From Longivirga aurantiaca (lineage in GTDB: Bacteria; Actinomycetota; Actinomycetes; S36-B12; CAIYMF01): 16,550 nucleotides of DNA. Location: contig NZ_JBHSTI010000033.1 of the NCBI RefSeq assembly GCF_042660085.1, positions 1 through 16,550 on the forward strand. Direction: 5' to 3'. The notes beneath the pieces are model-generated. The model saw only the letters and a program-made list of their open reading frames with translations. It searched no databases and had not been told where the DNA came from. Shown piece by piece: positions 7,375 through 15,481 of this stretch; the stretch's first letter is position 1; each line of letters opens with the position of its first letter. Both the position numbers and the translations under genes were made by a program.

Positions 7375-8637
7375 GTGAGGGTGGACGGAGCAGAGGTCGA
7401 GCGGGTCTTCCGCGCCGACTACGGCCGCGCGGTCGCCACCCTCGCACGCCTCGTCGGCGACATCGGCCTCGCCGAGGAGGCCGTGCAGGAGGCCTTCGCC
7501 ATCGCGCTCGAGCGCTGGCCGCGCGACGGCGTCCCGCCGAGCCCGACCGGCTGGATCGTCACCACCGCGCGCAACCGCGCGATCGACCGCGCCCGCCGCG
7601 AGGCCCTACGCGACGACAAGCACGCCGAGGCCGTCGCCCTCGCCGAGCAGCTGCGCCCCGACGAGCCCGAGGAGGTCGGCCCCGTGCGCGACGACCGCCT
7701 GCGCCTCGTGTTCACGTGCTGCCACCCGGCGCTCGCACCGGAGGCGCGCGTCGCGCTCACGCTGCGCCTGATCGCCGGGCTGCAGACCGCGCAGATCGCC
7801 CGGGCGTTCCTCGTGAGCGAGACGACGATGGCGCAACGCCTCGTCCGAGCGAAGAACAAGATCCGCGCCGCGCGCATCCCCTACCGCGTGCCCGCAGAGC
7901 ACGACCTCCCCGACCGGCTCACGCCCGTGCTCGCCGTCGTCTACCTCGTCTTCAACGAGGGCTACCTGTCGAGCGACGGCGAGAACGCCGAGCGCGCCGA
8001 CCTCGTCGAGGAGTCGGTGCGGCTCGCGCGCCTGCTCGTCGAGCTCATGCCCGACGAGCCCGAGGCGCTCGGCCTCCTCGCCCTTCTGCTGCTCACGCTG
8101 GCTCGGCGTCCGGCGCGGTTCGACGACGCCGGCGACCTCGTGCTGCTGCCGGATCAGGACCGCTCGCTCTGGGACGCGGCTCTGGTGCAGGAGGGGCAGG
8201 ACCTCGTCCGGAAGTGCTTGCGCCGCAATGCACCTGGGCCCTACCAGCTGCAGGCCGCGATCTCGGCGGTCCACTCCGACGCCGCCTCCGCCGAGTCCAC
8301 CGACTGGGCGCAGATCGTCGCGCTCTACGACCATCTCCTCGCCGTCGCGCCGTCGCCGGTGGTGGCGCTCAACCGAGCGGTCGCGGTCGCCGAGCTGCGC
8401 GGCCCGGTCGAGGGGCTGGCGCTCGTCGACGCGCTCGACCTCGACGGCTACCACCTCGCGCATGCGGTCCGCGCCGAGCTCCTGCGTCGTACGGGCGACG
8501 ACGCCGGCGCGCGGACGGCGTACGACCGGGCCCTCGGACTGGTGACGAACCCGGCCGAGCGCCGCCACCTCGAGCGCCGCATCGCCACCCTCACCGCCGA
8601 TCAGATCCTCGAGTTACTGCCCAAAAGGTCGCTCTGA
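7375..8637 (+). CDS. ECF-type RNA polymerase sigma factor, ECF42-like, with long C-terminal extension
   Basis: 420 aa: FRADYGRAVATLARLVGDIGLAEEAVQEAFAIALERWP (region 2), TPLR-like VALTLRLIAGLQTAQIARAFLVSETTMAQRLVRAKNKI (region 4), DLPDRLTPVLAVVYLVFNEGYLSSDG, and a helical C-terminal region. Adjacent to YCII/DGPF genes, as is typical of ECF42. GTG 7375 or 7381. Confidence 0.92.
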   Translation: MRVDGAEVERVFRADYGRAVATLARLVGDIGLAEEAVQEAFAIALERWPRDGVPPSPTGWIVTTARNRAIDRARREALRDDKHAEAVALAEQLRPDEPEEVGPVRDDRLRLVFTCCHPALAPEARVALTLRLIAGLQTAQIARAFLVSETTMAQRLVRAKNKIRAARIPYRVPAEHDLPDRLTPVLAVVYLVFNEGYLSSDGENAERADLVEESVRLARLLVELMPDEPEALGLLALLLLTLARRPARFDDAGDLVLLPDQDRSLWDAALVQEGQDLVRKCLRRNAPGPYQLQAAISAVHSDAASAESTDWAQIVALYDHLLAVAPSPVVALNRAVAVAELRGPVEGLALVDALDLDGYHLAHAVRAELLRRTGDDAGARTAYDRALGLVTNPAERRHLERRIATLTADQILELLPKRSL

Positions 8638-8671
8638 GGAGCCTCACAGCGACCTTTTGGGCAGTAACTCG
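8610..8671. repeat. 62-nt near-perfect foldback overlapping the 3' end of the sigma gene; dispersed repeat and/or bidirectional terminator
   Basis: CGAGTTACTGCCCAAAAGGTCGCT-c-TGAGG-AG-CCTCA-c-AGCGACCTTTTGGGCAGTAACTCG: 24-bp perfect arms, one C/C mismatch, then 5 more pairs around AG. Confidence 0.93.
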
Positions 8672-8685
8672 CGCACGGGGCGGGG

Positions 8686-10386
8686 TCAGGTGCGGCGGTC
8701 GGGGTGCGACTCGAGGATCTTGCGGACGTCGCGGTGCAGCACCTTGCCGATCAGCGAGCGCGGCAGCTCGTCGAGCACGAACACCTGGCGCGGCACCTTG
8801 TAGCCGGTGAGCGACTCGCGCACCGCCTCCCGCACCGCGGCGGGATCGAGCACGGCGAAGCCCTCGGCCACGACCGCCGCCACGACCGTCTCGCCGCCCG
8901 TGTCGTTGGGCAGGCCCACGGCCGCGGCGTCGGCGACACCGGGCACGCGCCGGAGCGCCTCCTCGACCTCGGACGGGTACACGTTGAACCCGCCCGTGAT
9001 GATGAGCTCCTTGATCCGGTCGACCACGGTGACGAAGCCGTCGTCGTCCATCACGACGATGTCGCCGGTGCGGATCCAACCACCCTCGAGCAACGTCTTC
9101 GCGGTGTCCTCGGGGCGGTTCCAGTAGCCGCTCATCACCTGCGGGCCGCGCACGAGCAGCTCGCCCGGCTCGTCGGTCGCGACGTCGTGCGTCGGGTCGT
9201 TCGGGTCGACCACGCGCACCTCGGTCGAGGGGAACGGCACACCGACCGAGCCCGGCCGGCGCGTGCCGCCGGCCGGGTTCCCGAGGGTCACCGGCGACGT
9301 CTCGGTCATGCCGTAGCCCTCGACGAGCAGGCCGCCCGTCACCGACTCCCACTGCTCGACCGTCGCCGGCGGCAGCGACATCGCACCGGAGATGCCGTAG
9401 CGGATCGTGCTGAGGTCGACCCCGCGCTTCACGGACGCCTCGGCAAGTGCTTGGTACACAGGCGGAACCGCGGGCAGGAACGTCGCCGGCCGACGTACGG
9501 ACGCCTCGAGCACCTGGTCGACGTCGAACCGCGGGAACAGCACGAGCACGGCGCCGATGGAGATCGTGAACGTCAGGCACAGCGTCAGTCCGTACGCGTG
9601 GAAGAGCGGCAGGACGCCGTACACGACCTCCTGGCCGTCCTTCAGGCCGGGCATCCACGCGCGGCCCTGCGCGGCGTTCGACCGCAGGTTGCGGTGCGTC
9701 AGCATCGCGCCCTTGGGGGCACCCGTCGTGCCGCCGGTGTACTGCAGCAGCGCGAGGTCGTCGGCCGAGGGCTTGGGATGGTCGGCGGCCAACGGCGTCG
9801 CCACCTTGAGAAGGCGGTCCCACGTCAGCGTCCCCGGCGCGGGTGCCGTCATCGCCGCGCGCGTCTCGCGCGCCTTCTTCACGGGCAGCATGAGCATGAG
9901 CCGCTGCTTGCGCGGCAGAGCCGTCGTGATGTCGACCGCGATGATCGTGCGCAGGGGCGAGGTCTCCGCGACCTTCTGCAGGGTCCCGGCCACCTTGTCC
10001 CAGGCGATGGCCACCTCGGCCCCGTGGTCGTCGAACTGGTGCTGCAGCTCCTCGCGCGTGTAGAGCGGGTTGTGCTCGACGACGACCGCGCCGAGCCGCA
10101 GCGCGGCGTAGAACGCCACCACGTGCTGCGGGCAGTTGGGCATCACGAGAGCCACGCGATCGCCGCGCCGTACGCCGAGACCGAGCAGGACGTTGGCCAT
10201 GCGCACGACCTGGTCGCCGAGCTCGCGGTACGTCGTCGTGGCGCCGTAGAAGTCGAGCGCCACGAGGTCGGCGAAGCGTGTCACCGACGTCGCGAGCAGG
10301 TCCGCGAGCGACTCGTCGCTGACGTCGATCTCGGCGGGGACGCCCGGCGCGTACTGGGCGAGCCAGGGGCGGTCTGGGGTGCTCAC
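8686..10386 (-). CDS. Long-chain fatty acid--CoA ligase / AMP-binding acyl-CoA synthetase
   Basis: 566 aa from GTG 10386 with GAGGAG-TCATC spacer. Contains LLQYTGGTTGAPKGAMLTHRN (P-loop), YGISGAMSLP, VEGYGMTETSPVT, GWIRTGDIVVMDDDGFVTVVDRIKELIITGGFNVYPSEVEE and LPRSLIGKVLHRDVR. Confidence 0.96.
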   Translation of the reverse strand: MSTPDRPWLAQYAPGVPAEIDVSDESLADLLATSVTRFADLVALDFYGATTTYRELGDQVVRMANVLLGLGVRRGDRVALVMPNCPQHVVAFYAALRLGAVVVEHNPLYTREELQHQFDDHGAEVAIAWDKVAGTLQKVAETSPLRTIIAVDITTALPRKQRLMLMLPVKKARETRAAMTAPAPGTLTWDRLLKVATPLAADHPKPSADDLALLQYTGGTTGAPKGAMLTHRNLRSNAAQGRAWMPGLKDGQEVVYGVLPLFHAYGLTLCLTFTISIGAVLVLFPRFDVDQVLEASVRRPATFLPAVPPVYQALAEASVKRGVDLSTIRYGISGAMSLPPATVEQWESVTGGLLVEGYGMTETSPVTLGNPAGGTRRPGSVGVPFPSTEVRVVDPNDPTHDVATDEPGELLVRGPQVMSGYWNRPEDTAKTLLEGGWIRTGDIVVMDDDGFVTVVDRIKELIITGGFNVYPSEVEEALRRVPGVADAAAVGLPNDTGGETVVAAVVAEGFAVLDPAAVREAVRESLTGYKVPRQVFVLDELPRSLIGKVLHRDVRKILESHPDRRT

Positions 10387-10485
10387 GATGACTCCTCGGG
10401 TCGACGTGCCCACCCTCCCACCTGCGCGCACCGGAGGAGGGACGGGGCGGTGGCCGCCTCGGGGTCCGCTCGCTACCGTGGCGCC

Positions 10486-10692
10486 ATGGCGGAGCAGGTG
10501 AAGGGCCCGGCGTCGTACTTCCCCTCGATCGAGAAGAAGTACGGCCAGCCGATCAGCCACTGGATGGACGAGCTGGCCACGGTCGCCGGCGAGCCGCACA
10601 TGAAGCAGGTCGAGTTCCTGAAGACCGAGCACGGTCTCGGCCACGGGCACGCGAACGCCCTCGTCGCGGCGTACCGCGCCGACCACGCCTAG
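10486..10692 (+). CDS. DUF4287-like small protein (68 aa)
   Basis: MAEQVKGPASYFPSIEKKYGQPISHWMDELATVAGEPHMKQVEFLKTEHGLGHGHANALVAAYRADHA matches the recognisable YFPSIEKKYG..HW...EHGLGHGHANALV pattern. Confidence 0.85.
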   Translation: MAEQVKGPASYFPSIEKKYGQPISHWMDELATVAGEPHMKQVEFLKTEHGLGHGHANALVAAYRADHA

Positions 10693-10770
10693 GTCGCCGA
10701 CTCGCAGATGTAACGCGGCGCGGCACCCGTCAGCCATGCGCGACCCCCGGGCGTGGGGCAGGATCGGCCC

Positions 10771-11487
10771 GTGCGGATCCTGGCGGTGTCGGACCTGCAC
10801 TACCGCCTGCCCCACTACGACTGGCTCGTGAACGCCGCCGACGGCGTCGACGTCGTCGCGCTGGTGGGCGATCTCGCCGATGTCGTCAGCCCCGTGCCCC
10901 TCGGCGTCCAGACGGTCGTGCTGGAGAAGTACCTCGGTCTGCTCGCCGACAGGGCGGTCGTGCTGGCGTCGTCGGGCAACCACGACCTCGACGGCCCCGG
11001 CGAGCACGGCGAGCAGGTCGCCTCCTGGCTGCGCTCGGCCGGTGGCGGCAACGTGCACACCGACGGCATGTCCGTCGACATCGGCGACACCCGGTTCACG
11101 ATCTGCCCCTGGTGGGACGGCCCCGTGTCGCGCGACGCCGTCGCCGCGCAGATCGCGGCCGCCGCGGTCGATCGCCCCGCGCGCTGGGTGTGGCTCTACC
11201 ACTCGCCGCCCGCCGGTACGCCGCTGTGCAAGGACGGCCGCCGCGAGTTCCCCGACCACGAGCTCGCCGCGTGGATCGAGGAGCACTCGCCGGACCTCGT
11301 GCTGTGCGGCCACATCCACCAGGCGCCGTGGATCGAGGGCGGCACCTGGCACGCCGAGCTCGGCAGCACCAAGGTCTTCAACGCGGGCAAGCAGCCGGGC
11401 AAGGTGCCGCCGCACATCACGTTCGACCTCGAGGCGGGCACCGCGGAGTGGTTCGGCGTCTACGACGTCGAGACGATCACGCTCTAG
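10771..11487 (+). CDS. Calcineurin-like metallophosphoesterase
   Basis: 238 aa from GTG 10771 (alternative GTG 10753). Contains ILAVSDLHYRLPHYDW, VVALVGDLAD, SSGNHDLDG, WLYHSPPAG and LVLCGHIHQAPW (DxH, GD, GNHD, GHxH motifs). Confidence 0.93.
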   Translation: MRILAVSDLHYRLPHYDWLVNAADGVDVVALVGDLADVVSPVPLGVQTVVLEKYLGLLADRAVVLASSGNHDLDGPGEHGEQVASWLRSAGGGNVHTDGMSVDIGDTRFTICPWWDGPVSRDAVAAQIAAAAVDRPARWVWLYHSPPAGTPLCKDGRREFPDHELAAWIEEHSPDLVLCGHIHQAPWIEGGTWHAELGSTKVFNAGKQPGKVPPHITFDLEAGTAEWFGVYDVETITL

Positions 11488-11496
11488 ACCCTCGGC

Positions 11497-11988
11497 TCAG
11501 TGGACGTGGTCGCCCTCGGGGTCGCGCGCGGACCCCGTGCGGATCTCGGGCGCCTGGTGGTTCACGAGCGTGTCGAGGATGCCCTCGACCATGCCGAGGT
11601 GGCCCTCGAGCTCGGCGAACTGGCCCTTCACGTCCACGAGGTACTGCGTGAGGCCGTCGAGCCGGCTGGCCGTCGTACGCAGCACCGCGAGGGCGGCACC
11701 GGGGTTCACGGTGAGGAACCCCTCGGCGTCATCGGCCACGTGCACCTCGACGTCGGTCTCCGCGCGCACCGTGGCGGTGGCCGGCTTGCGCAGGACGACG
11801 GCCATCTCGCCGAAGACCGCGCCGGGCGACTCGATCCGCGCGAACGAGACGCCGTCGCGCTCGATCGTGACGCTGCCCGACTTCAGCACGTAGAGGCGAC
11901 CGGGGTCGGTGCCCTCCTGGATGAGCGCCGCGCCCGCGGGCACCGTCTCCACAGGCAGTCGCGACGCGAGCGAGAGCAGGTCGGCCAT
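11497..11988 (-). CDS. Cyclic nucleotide-binding-domain (Crp/Fnr-like sensor domain) protein without an evident HTH
   Basis: 163 aa: VPAGAALIQEGTDPGRLYVLKSGSVTIERDGVSFARIESPGAVFGEMAVVLRKPATATVRAETDVEVHV is the canonical cNMP-binding fold; the C-terminal part looks helical but short. Confidence 0.88.
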   Translation of the reverse strand: MADLLSLASRLPVETVPAGAALIQEGTDPGRLYVLKSGSVTIERDGVSFARIESPGAVFGEMAVVLRKPATATVRAETDVEVHVADDAEGFLTVNPGAALAVLRTTASRLDGLTQYLVDVKGQFAELEGHLGMVEGILDTLVNHQAPEIRTGSARDPEGDHVH

Positions 11989-12062
11989 AGCCTCAGTGTG
12001 CCCGACTCGTGTTACGTGCGAGCGACGAACCCGCGCGACCTCGCCGTACGCCGGGGGTGCGA

Positions 12063-12911
12063 TCAGCCGCGCGGGCCCAGCGCCTCAATCTCGGCCACGA
12101 TCGCGTCGGCGGCCTCCCAGTTGACCGTGTGCCCTGCCCCGGGCACGCGGACGAGCCGTGACCCGGCGATGCCCGCGTGGAGGTCGTCGGTGTGGAACGG
12201 CGGTGTGGTCTTGTCCTTGGACCCGACGAGGATCGTGCAGGGCAGCGAGATGCGCGCGAGGTCCGGGTAGCGGTTCTCCTGCACCATCGCCTCGAGGATC
12301 GGGACGAGCGCCCCGAGCTTCTGGGCACGGAACATCGTCAGGAACGACTCGACCATCGCATCGGTCCTGCTGTCGCCCATGAGGGTGCGCGCGAAGGGCT
12401 TTCCGACGAGGTCGGAGGCCACGAGCTTGGGCAGGATGCCCGAGCGGATGAGCGGGATCTGCATCTTGTTCTGCGCGTTGTCGCGGTTGACGTCGCCGGC
12501 GAAGGTCGCCACGAGCATCGCGCCCCGCAGTCGCTGCGCGACGACGTCCGGATTCTCGACGAGGAACCGGATGCCGACGAAGCCGCCCATCGAGTGCATC
12601 ACGAGCACGCCGTCGGTCACGTCGTACGCCTCGAGCACGGCGGTGTAGTCGCCCGCCATCTGCTTGCTGCCCACGCCGTCCGACCCGATGGTCGTGCGCC
12701 CGTGGCCGCGCTGGTCGAAGGCCACCACGCGGTATCCCCGTTCGACCAGGTCGGACGCGATCACGTTCCACTCGTCGGAGCTGATCGCGAAGCCGTGCGC
12801 CAGCACGACGACTGGCCCCTCGCCCGCGCTCACGGTGTGGATGCTGGTGCCGTCCGCGGTCGTCACCACGCGCACCTCCCCCTGCAGGGGCTCGCGTACG
12901 TCGACAGTCAT
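12063..12911 (-). CDS. Alpha/beta hydrolase
   Basis: 282 aa: VVVLAHGFAISSDEWNVIASDLVERGYRVVAFDQRGHGRT, VLVMHSMGGFVGIRFL, CTILVGSKDKTTPP, RLVRVPGAGHTVNWE. Confidence 0.93.
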   Translation of the reverse strand: MTVDVREPLQGEVRVVTTADGTSIHTVSAGEGPVVVLAHGFAISSDEWNVIASDLVERGYRVVAFDQRGHGRTTIGSDGVGSKQMAGDYTAVLEAYDVTDGVLVMHSMGGFVGIRFLVENPDVVAQRLRGAMLVATFAGDVNRDNAQNKMQIPLIRSGILPKLVASDLVGKPFARTLMGDSRTDAMVESFLTMFRAQKLGALVPILEAMVQENRYPDLARISLPCTILVGSKDKTTPPFHTDDLHAGIAGSRLVRVPGAGHTVNWEAADAIVAEIEALGPRG

Positions 12912-13050
12912 GTCGGAACGGTAGAGACGCGTCGGCCTCCGCGGGGCTCGAACCCGGAATCAGGGCCCGACGCGGCTGAGGATTGGGCCGACCGGAATGC
13001 GGGTACACCCCCCGGGTCGCGACCGGCGCGACGCCGCAGGAGGGACCGCG

Positions 13051-13227
13051 ATGTCCGACGAGCAGATCATCCCCAGCACCGACGAGCCCGACCCCGGCAC
13101 GCGCGACGGCGTGGGCGAGCGCGTGGAGCACGGCCTCGGAAGCGACGGCGTGCAGCGCATGGAGGGCGAGTTCGGCGACCTCGAGAGCGACGCCCCGACG
13201 CTCGCCGACGACGACCCCACGTCCTAG
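13051..13227 (+). CDS. Small acidic hypothetical protein (58 aa)
   Basis: ATG 13051 preceded by CAGGAGGGA; MSDEQIIPSTDEPDPGTRDGVGERVEHGLGSDGVQRMEGEFGDLESDAPTLADDDPTS. Confidence 0.55.
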   Translation: MSDEQIIPSTDEPDPGTRDGVGERVEHGLGSDGVQRMEGEFGDLESDAPTLADDDPTS

Positions 13228-13346
13228 CGGGCAGCGTTCGTGCAGGTCATGACGGCGACGTCCGGTTGGGCGCACGCTCGTTGCCCGGTGTGACGACCGC
13301 GTGAAACGCTCGACCCCCTTGCTCGGCATGGCGAGGTCGAGGGGGC

Positions 13347-15008
13347 ATGGCTATGGCAGGAGCGGACGTCGTCGCGCCGACCGCTGAGCGCGAGGTGGCC
13401 CGGCCCGGCTGGGGACCGGCCCGGGTGGCCGCGGTGATCGTCGCGCTCGGCTCGCTCCTCAGCCTCATCACGGCGTGGGGGGCCTGGTCGGCGGACCAGC
13501 GCAACGAGCGCGACCTCCTCGCGGTGCAGACCAAGCAGGCGGCCGCGGTGATCGGAGGGCAGATCCTGACGATCCAGGAGCCGCTCGAGACCGCGTTGCG
13601 CGTCGCGCAGGCGACCGACGGCGACCCGGCCCGGTTCCGGCTGACGATGGGCCGCGCCACAGGTCCCGACGACGTGTTCGTCAGCGCATCTCTGTGGGAC
13701 ACCTCGGGCCCGGAACCCGTGCTGGTCGAGCAGATCGGGACCGAGCCCGTGCTCGATCCCGGCTCGGTCGACGCGCGCGAGCTCGTGCTCAAGGCCCGGG
13801 CGACGGCGGGGTTCGTCGTCACCCGCGCGGACGACGACTACAACCCTGTCTCCTACGCGGCCGGCGACCCGGTCGACCCGCGCTGGGTCGTGTACGCCGA
13901 GCGCGCCATCCCCGCGGACCGCATCGCCCCGGTGCAGCGGACCGCACCGTTCGCCGAGCTCCACTTCGCGACGTACATCGGTGCCGCCGACGACCCGTCG
14001 AACCTTGTCACCACGAACGTGACCATGGACGAGCTCCCCCTGACGGGCGGGACGTCGTCGGTGGAGCTCCCGTTCGGCGACAAGACGCTCACGTTCGTGG
14101 CCACGGCCAAGCGGCACCTCGGGGGCGAGCTCGGATGGCTGCTCCCGTGGCTGATCCTCGCCGTCGGCCTCGCCCTCACGATGATCACGGCGTTCGCAGC
14201 GGCGAACCTGGTGCGCTCCCGACGTCGCGCCGAGGCCGACCGCCGGACGATCGCCGACCTCTACGACCGGCTCGACGTGCTCTACGGCGAGCAGCGCAGC
14301 ATCGCTCAGACCCTGCAGCGGGCCCTGCTCCCGGCGTTCAACCCGGACATCCCCGGGCTCGATATCGCGTCCCGGTACGTCGCCGGCGCGGAGGGCGTCG
14401 ACATCGGCGGCGACTGGTACAGCATCATCCGCCGGGGCGAGCGCGAGGTGTGCTTCGTCGTCGGCGACGTGTCGGGCCGCGGCATCGGTGCGGCCACCGT
14501 GATGGCGCGGCTGCGCTTCACGATCCGCGCCTACCTCGCCGAGGGGCACAGCCCCGGAGTCGTGCTCGGTATGTGCTCCGAGCAGTTCGACATCGACGAG
14601 GACGGCCACATCGCCACGGTGGTGGTCGGCGTCCTCGACCTCGACACCTGCGGCCTCGTGCTTGCCAGCGCCGGACACTTCGCGCCGCTCGTGGTCGACG
14701 CCGAGGGCACGGCGAGATACCTCGAGCTCGACCCCGGGCCGCCGCTCGGCGTCATGGCGACGACCTACCGCGAGACCACGCCGTCGATGGGCGTCGGATC
14801 GACCCTGGTCGCCTTCACCGACGGCCTGGTGGAGCGCCGGGGCGAGAGCCTCGACGTGGGGCTGGACAGGCTTGCCCGCGCCGCCGCCCGCGGGTCGTCC
14901 ACCGTGGATCACCTGCTCGACGTCCTGGTGGGCCATCTGTTGGAGGACGGACCCGAGGACGACACAGCCCTGCTCGCGTTCCGCTGCCTCGGCGACGACA
15001 CGGCCTGA
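13347..15008 (+). CDS. SpoIIE/PP2C-type serine phosphatase with N-terminal TM-flanked extracytoplasmic sensor
   Basis: 553 aa. TM segments (AAVIVALGSLLSLITAWGAW; WLLPWLILAVGLALTMITAFAAANLV) flank about 200 aa. Then QRSIAQTLQRALLP, DIGGDWYS, VGDVSGRGIGAA, AGHFAPLVV, VAFTDGLVERRGE and EDDTALLAFR. Confidence 0.93.
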   Translation: MAMAGADVVAPTAEREVARPGWGPARVAAVIVALGSLLSLITAWGAWSADQRNERDLLAVQTKQAAAVIGGQILTIQEPLETALRVAQATDGDPARFRLTMGRATGPDDVFVSASLWDTSGPEPVLVEQIGTEPVLDPGSVDARELVLKARATAGFVVTRADDDYNPVSYAAGDPVDPRWVVYAERAIPADRIAPVQRTAPFAELHFATYIGAADDPSNLVTTNVTMDELPLTGGTSSVELPFGDKTLTFVATAKRHLGGELGWLLPWLILAVGLALTMITAFAAANLVRSRRRAEADRRTIADLYDRLDVLYGEQRSIAQTLQRALLPAFNPDIPGLDIASRYVAGAEGVDIGGDWYSIIRRGEREVCFVVGDVSGRGIGAATVMARLRFTIRAYLAEGHSPGVVLGMCSEQFDIDEDGHIATVVVGVLDLDTCGLVLASAGHFAPLVVDAEGTARYLELDPGPPLGVMATTYRETTPSMGVGSTLVAFTDGLVERRGESLDVGLDRLARAAARGSSTVDHLLDVLVGHLLEDGPEDDTALLAFRCLGDDTA

Positions 15009-15081
15009 GCCCTCGTACGCCGGACGCGGAGGCCGTGAGCTCTCTGCAGGCCGGTGTCGCCGGAACCGCTCGCACCGCGGG

Positions 15082-15438
15082 TCAATCGCCGACGACCCCC
15101 TGGAACGGGCGGACCTCCACCGCGCCCTCGCAGGCCACGGTCGCGCGCTCCGCCCATGCCAGGGCCTCGGCCTCGTCGGCGACGTCGAGCACCCAGAAGC
15201 CGCCGATGTGCTCCTTGCTCTCGAGGTACGGGCCGTCGGTGCGCTCCAGCGCGCCGTCACGCGCGCGGACGACGCGGGCGGTCGTCGACGCCGCGAGCCC
15301 TCCGGCGAAGACGAAGACCCCGGCCTCGCGCATGGCGTCGTTGACCCTCCCGGTCGCCGCGAACGCGCGCTCGGCGTGCTCCGGGGTCGGGTAGACCGGG
15401 GTGTCGTCGTTGTGGACCGACAGCAGGTAGTGGGTCAT
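15082..15438 (-). CDS. YCII-related / DGPF-domain protein 3
   Basis: 118 aa: MTHYLLSVHNDD...MREAGVFVFAGGL...ERTDGPYLESKEHIGGFWVLDVADEAEALAWA...VEVRPFQGV, paralogous to the 6930-7283 product. Confidence 0.93.
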   Translation of the reverse strand: MTHYLLSVHNDDTPVYPTPEHAERAFAATGRVNDAMREAGVFVFAGGLAASTTARVVRARDGALERTDGPYLESKEHIGGFWVLDVADEAEALAWAERATVACEGAVEVRPFQGVVGD

Positions 15439-15481
15439 GCGGGGCTCCTCGGCTGCGGCCGGCGGCTCCGGCCCTCACGAA

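Noticed and set aside
8704-10692. 662-aa plus-strand ORF antisense to the acyl-CoA ligase, continuing into the DUF4287-like gene
   Set aside because: Arg/His/Asp-rich composition typical of an antisense frame. The only protein-like part is the last 68 aa, which has its own ATG at 10486. Same reasoning for 13224-15260 minus, 13475-15394 plus, 7716-8810 plus and 12177-13304 plus.
12063-12911. Non-canonical nucleophile elbow (VMHSMGG instead of GHSMGG) as evidence of an inactive or novel enzyme
   Set aside because: Ser, downstream Gly and the GxGH catalytic-His context are intact. Variation at the first Gly position is tolerated in alpha/beta hydrolases, so this is not a strong anomaly.
12931-12992. 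Complete tRNA gene on the minus strand
   Set aside because: Only 62 nt between the putative acceptor arms, with no D arm or anticodon arm and 3 nt between the T arm and acceptor. Kept only as a tRNA-like curiosity.
14999-15037. Terminator after the SpoIIE-type phosphatase (CACGGCCT ... AGGCCGTG)
   Set aside because: 8-bp arms are real but separated by 23 nt with no continuing pairing and no T tract; compatible with chance at this GC content.
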